Positions 18,832-20,000 of a DNA stretch of 20,000 nt are shown here, in pieces; the stretch's first letter is position 1; each line of letters begins with the position of its first letter. Below the pieces are notes generated by a model. It saw nothing but the letters and a program-made list of their open reading frames with translations. It was not told where the DNA came from and made no database searches. The translations under genes were made by a program, and so were the position numbers. The stretch lies in contig JBEWZL010000093.1 in assembly GCA_045837725.1 (NCBI GenBank), positions 49,424 to 69,423 of the forward strand, in the 5' to 3' direction. Source of the stretch: Vermamoeba vermiformis (lineage: Eukaryota).

Positions 18832-20000
18832 AAAAATACTTTCTATTTTTTTTTGGAAGCAGTGTATCTTCCTGGCTCTTCCCCCCAACCGTGAAGCCCC
18901 CCTTCCTTTAAATTTCCTCGGGCTAACTGCATTAGTCTTATCGCTCTTCTCGCTCTGTTCTGACTCGGACTCCATCAATCGTGACACGGTGCTTGGGCGC
19001 AAGTTGATATTCTGCATAATGTTAGTGGAATTAATTGTCTTTGTAATACTTACCTTTTGTGGGGAATCAATTGCTTTAAGTTTATCGGATATGCCCCACC
19101 ACGAGAACGCACCAACGAATAGATTTTGCGGATCTTCTTTCTTCGGGGTTGCAATATTTCCCCATGACTTGGGCAACTCCTCTATCTCCTGGGGTGATAA
19201 TGACGGCACGTACACCCTGGCACTGCTTTTCGTAATGCGCATGTGGGAGGCCCCTGCTTTTGTCAAGCCAGCCGCCATCGTCACCACCGGAACGCGATTT
19301 CCTGAAGTCAGCGTAACGTTTTGCGCACGGTAAACCTTGAGAAAAACAGCTCTGAATGAGAGCTCTTCTCATTCGTCGTACTTTGTTGGTGGTATGTACG
19401 GCCGTAGACGCAAGTACTCTGACATGAAATTGAAGTAGGTTTGAACTAGGCGTATGAATTGCTCTAGTAAACCCCTGTCAAGCATTGCATGCTTGAAGTT
19501 TGCCCACGGACGAGTTCCTACAAGTATGATTCTGTTAAAAAAAGTAGCTACGGGCTCCCAATATCCGCTTTTTTGCAATACCTGTGTACTCGTAAAACCA
19601 ATAGCAAATTTCATTCGACGAGTAGGCACCAACTCCATTAAACAGAGACTGGTTTAGCAATGCGTCCAGTATTGTGGCTACCTGATCCAATATTATTCAA
19701 TCTACTCGTTATCGATGCCCATACATACCTTGAAATACTTGGCGTTGCCTTCATCCATCAGGCAACTCGTGACGTGCGGAAGCAGCTCGCTGGATGACGC
19801 GTGTGGACCACGAGCTGGATCGAAAGGGCAATCTCCTCCTTGTTTCCACTTGAAGGAAACCTGGTTTTGCTTTGTTTGGCAATCCAGAATGAAGATTGCC
19901 CTACCGTCGTCTAAGGAGAAGTACGCGTTGCAGCGCGTGTCCAGTGGACACTCTGCGAGCTCCGTCAGGCTCCCCACGTGAAAAGCAGCACCAGTGCCCA
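18829..20000 (-). pseudogene. Divergent NEIL1/endonuclease VIII-like (Fpg/Nei family) DNA glycosylase gene, 5' end outside the window, one in-frame TGA at 19371-19369; introns 19728-19682, 19581-19518, 19053-19012
   Basis: Splicing gives AIFILD...FKWKQGGDCPFDPARGPH...KYFKVATILDALLNQSLFNGVGAYSSNEICYWFYEYTGTRPW...KYDE*EELSFRAVFLKVYR. This matches in order the NEIL1 elements GRGP, the H2TH motif (ICEALLDQRFFNGIGNYLRAEILY) and FRAWLRCYG, as recalled from the family. Pseudogene status rests on one stop codon. Confidence 0.75.

Noticed and set aside
13130-19371. Genome-wide TGA reassignment to a sense codon
   Set aside because: The complete genes here end in TAA, but the long intact exons I read contain no in-frame TGA and Trp uses TGG. 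In-frame TGAs occur only in the island.
12911-20000. Recent giant-virus insertion
   Set aside because: The island genes carry host-style spliceosomal introns and no viral hallmark gene is visible. An ancient viral origin is not excluded.

Overview
Gene-dense eukaryotic DNA, probably from a free-living protist (an amoebozoan is plausible but is inference only). Most introns are short (about 40-65 nt) and spliceosomal, so the ORF track shows only exon fragments; I spliced the genes by hand. The left part (1-12910) holds ordinary-looking host genes: a 3'-truncated IP3-receptor Ca2+ channel (-), a bacterial-type ATP-grasp ligase (+), a divergent Rab GTPase (+) and a TOM1/THH1-family membrane protein (+). 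The right part (about 12911-20000) looks like a distinct island. It contains a CpG-stripped intron-containing pseudogene, a ~21 x 30-bp tandem array with an internal hairpin, a head-to-head pair of orphan genes (a disordered SPKK-repeat protein and an acidic-tailed protein), and a divergent NEIL1/Fpg-Nei-like DNA glycosylase gene with one in-frame TGA. Several island introns share a TAGCTA-based motif. My best hypothesis is a methylation-targeted mobile element with chromatin/DNA-repair cargo. No transposase or element terminus is visible in the window.
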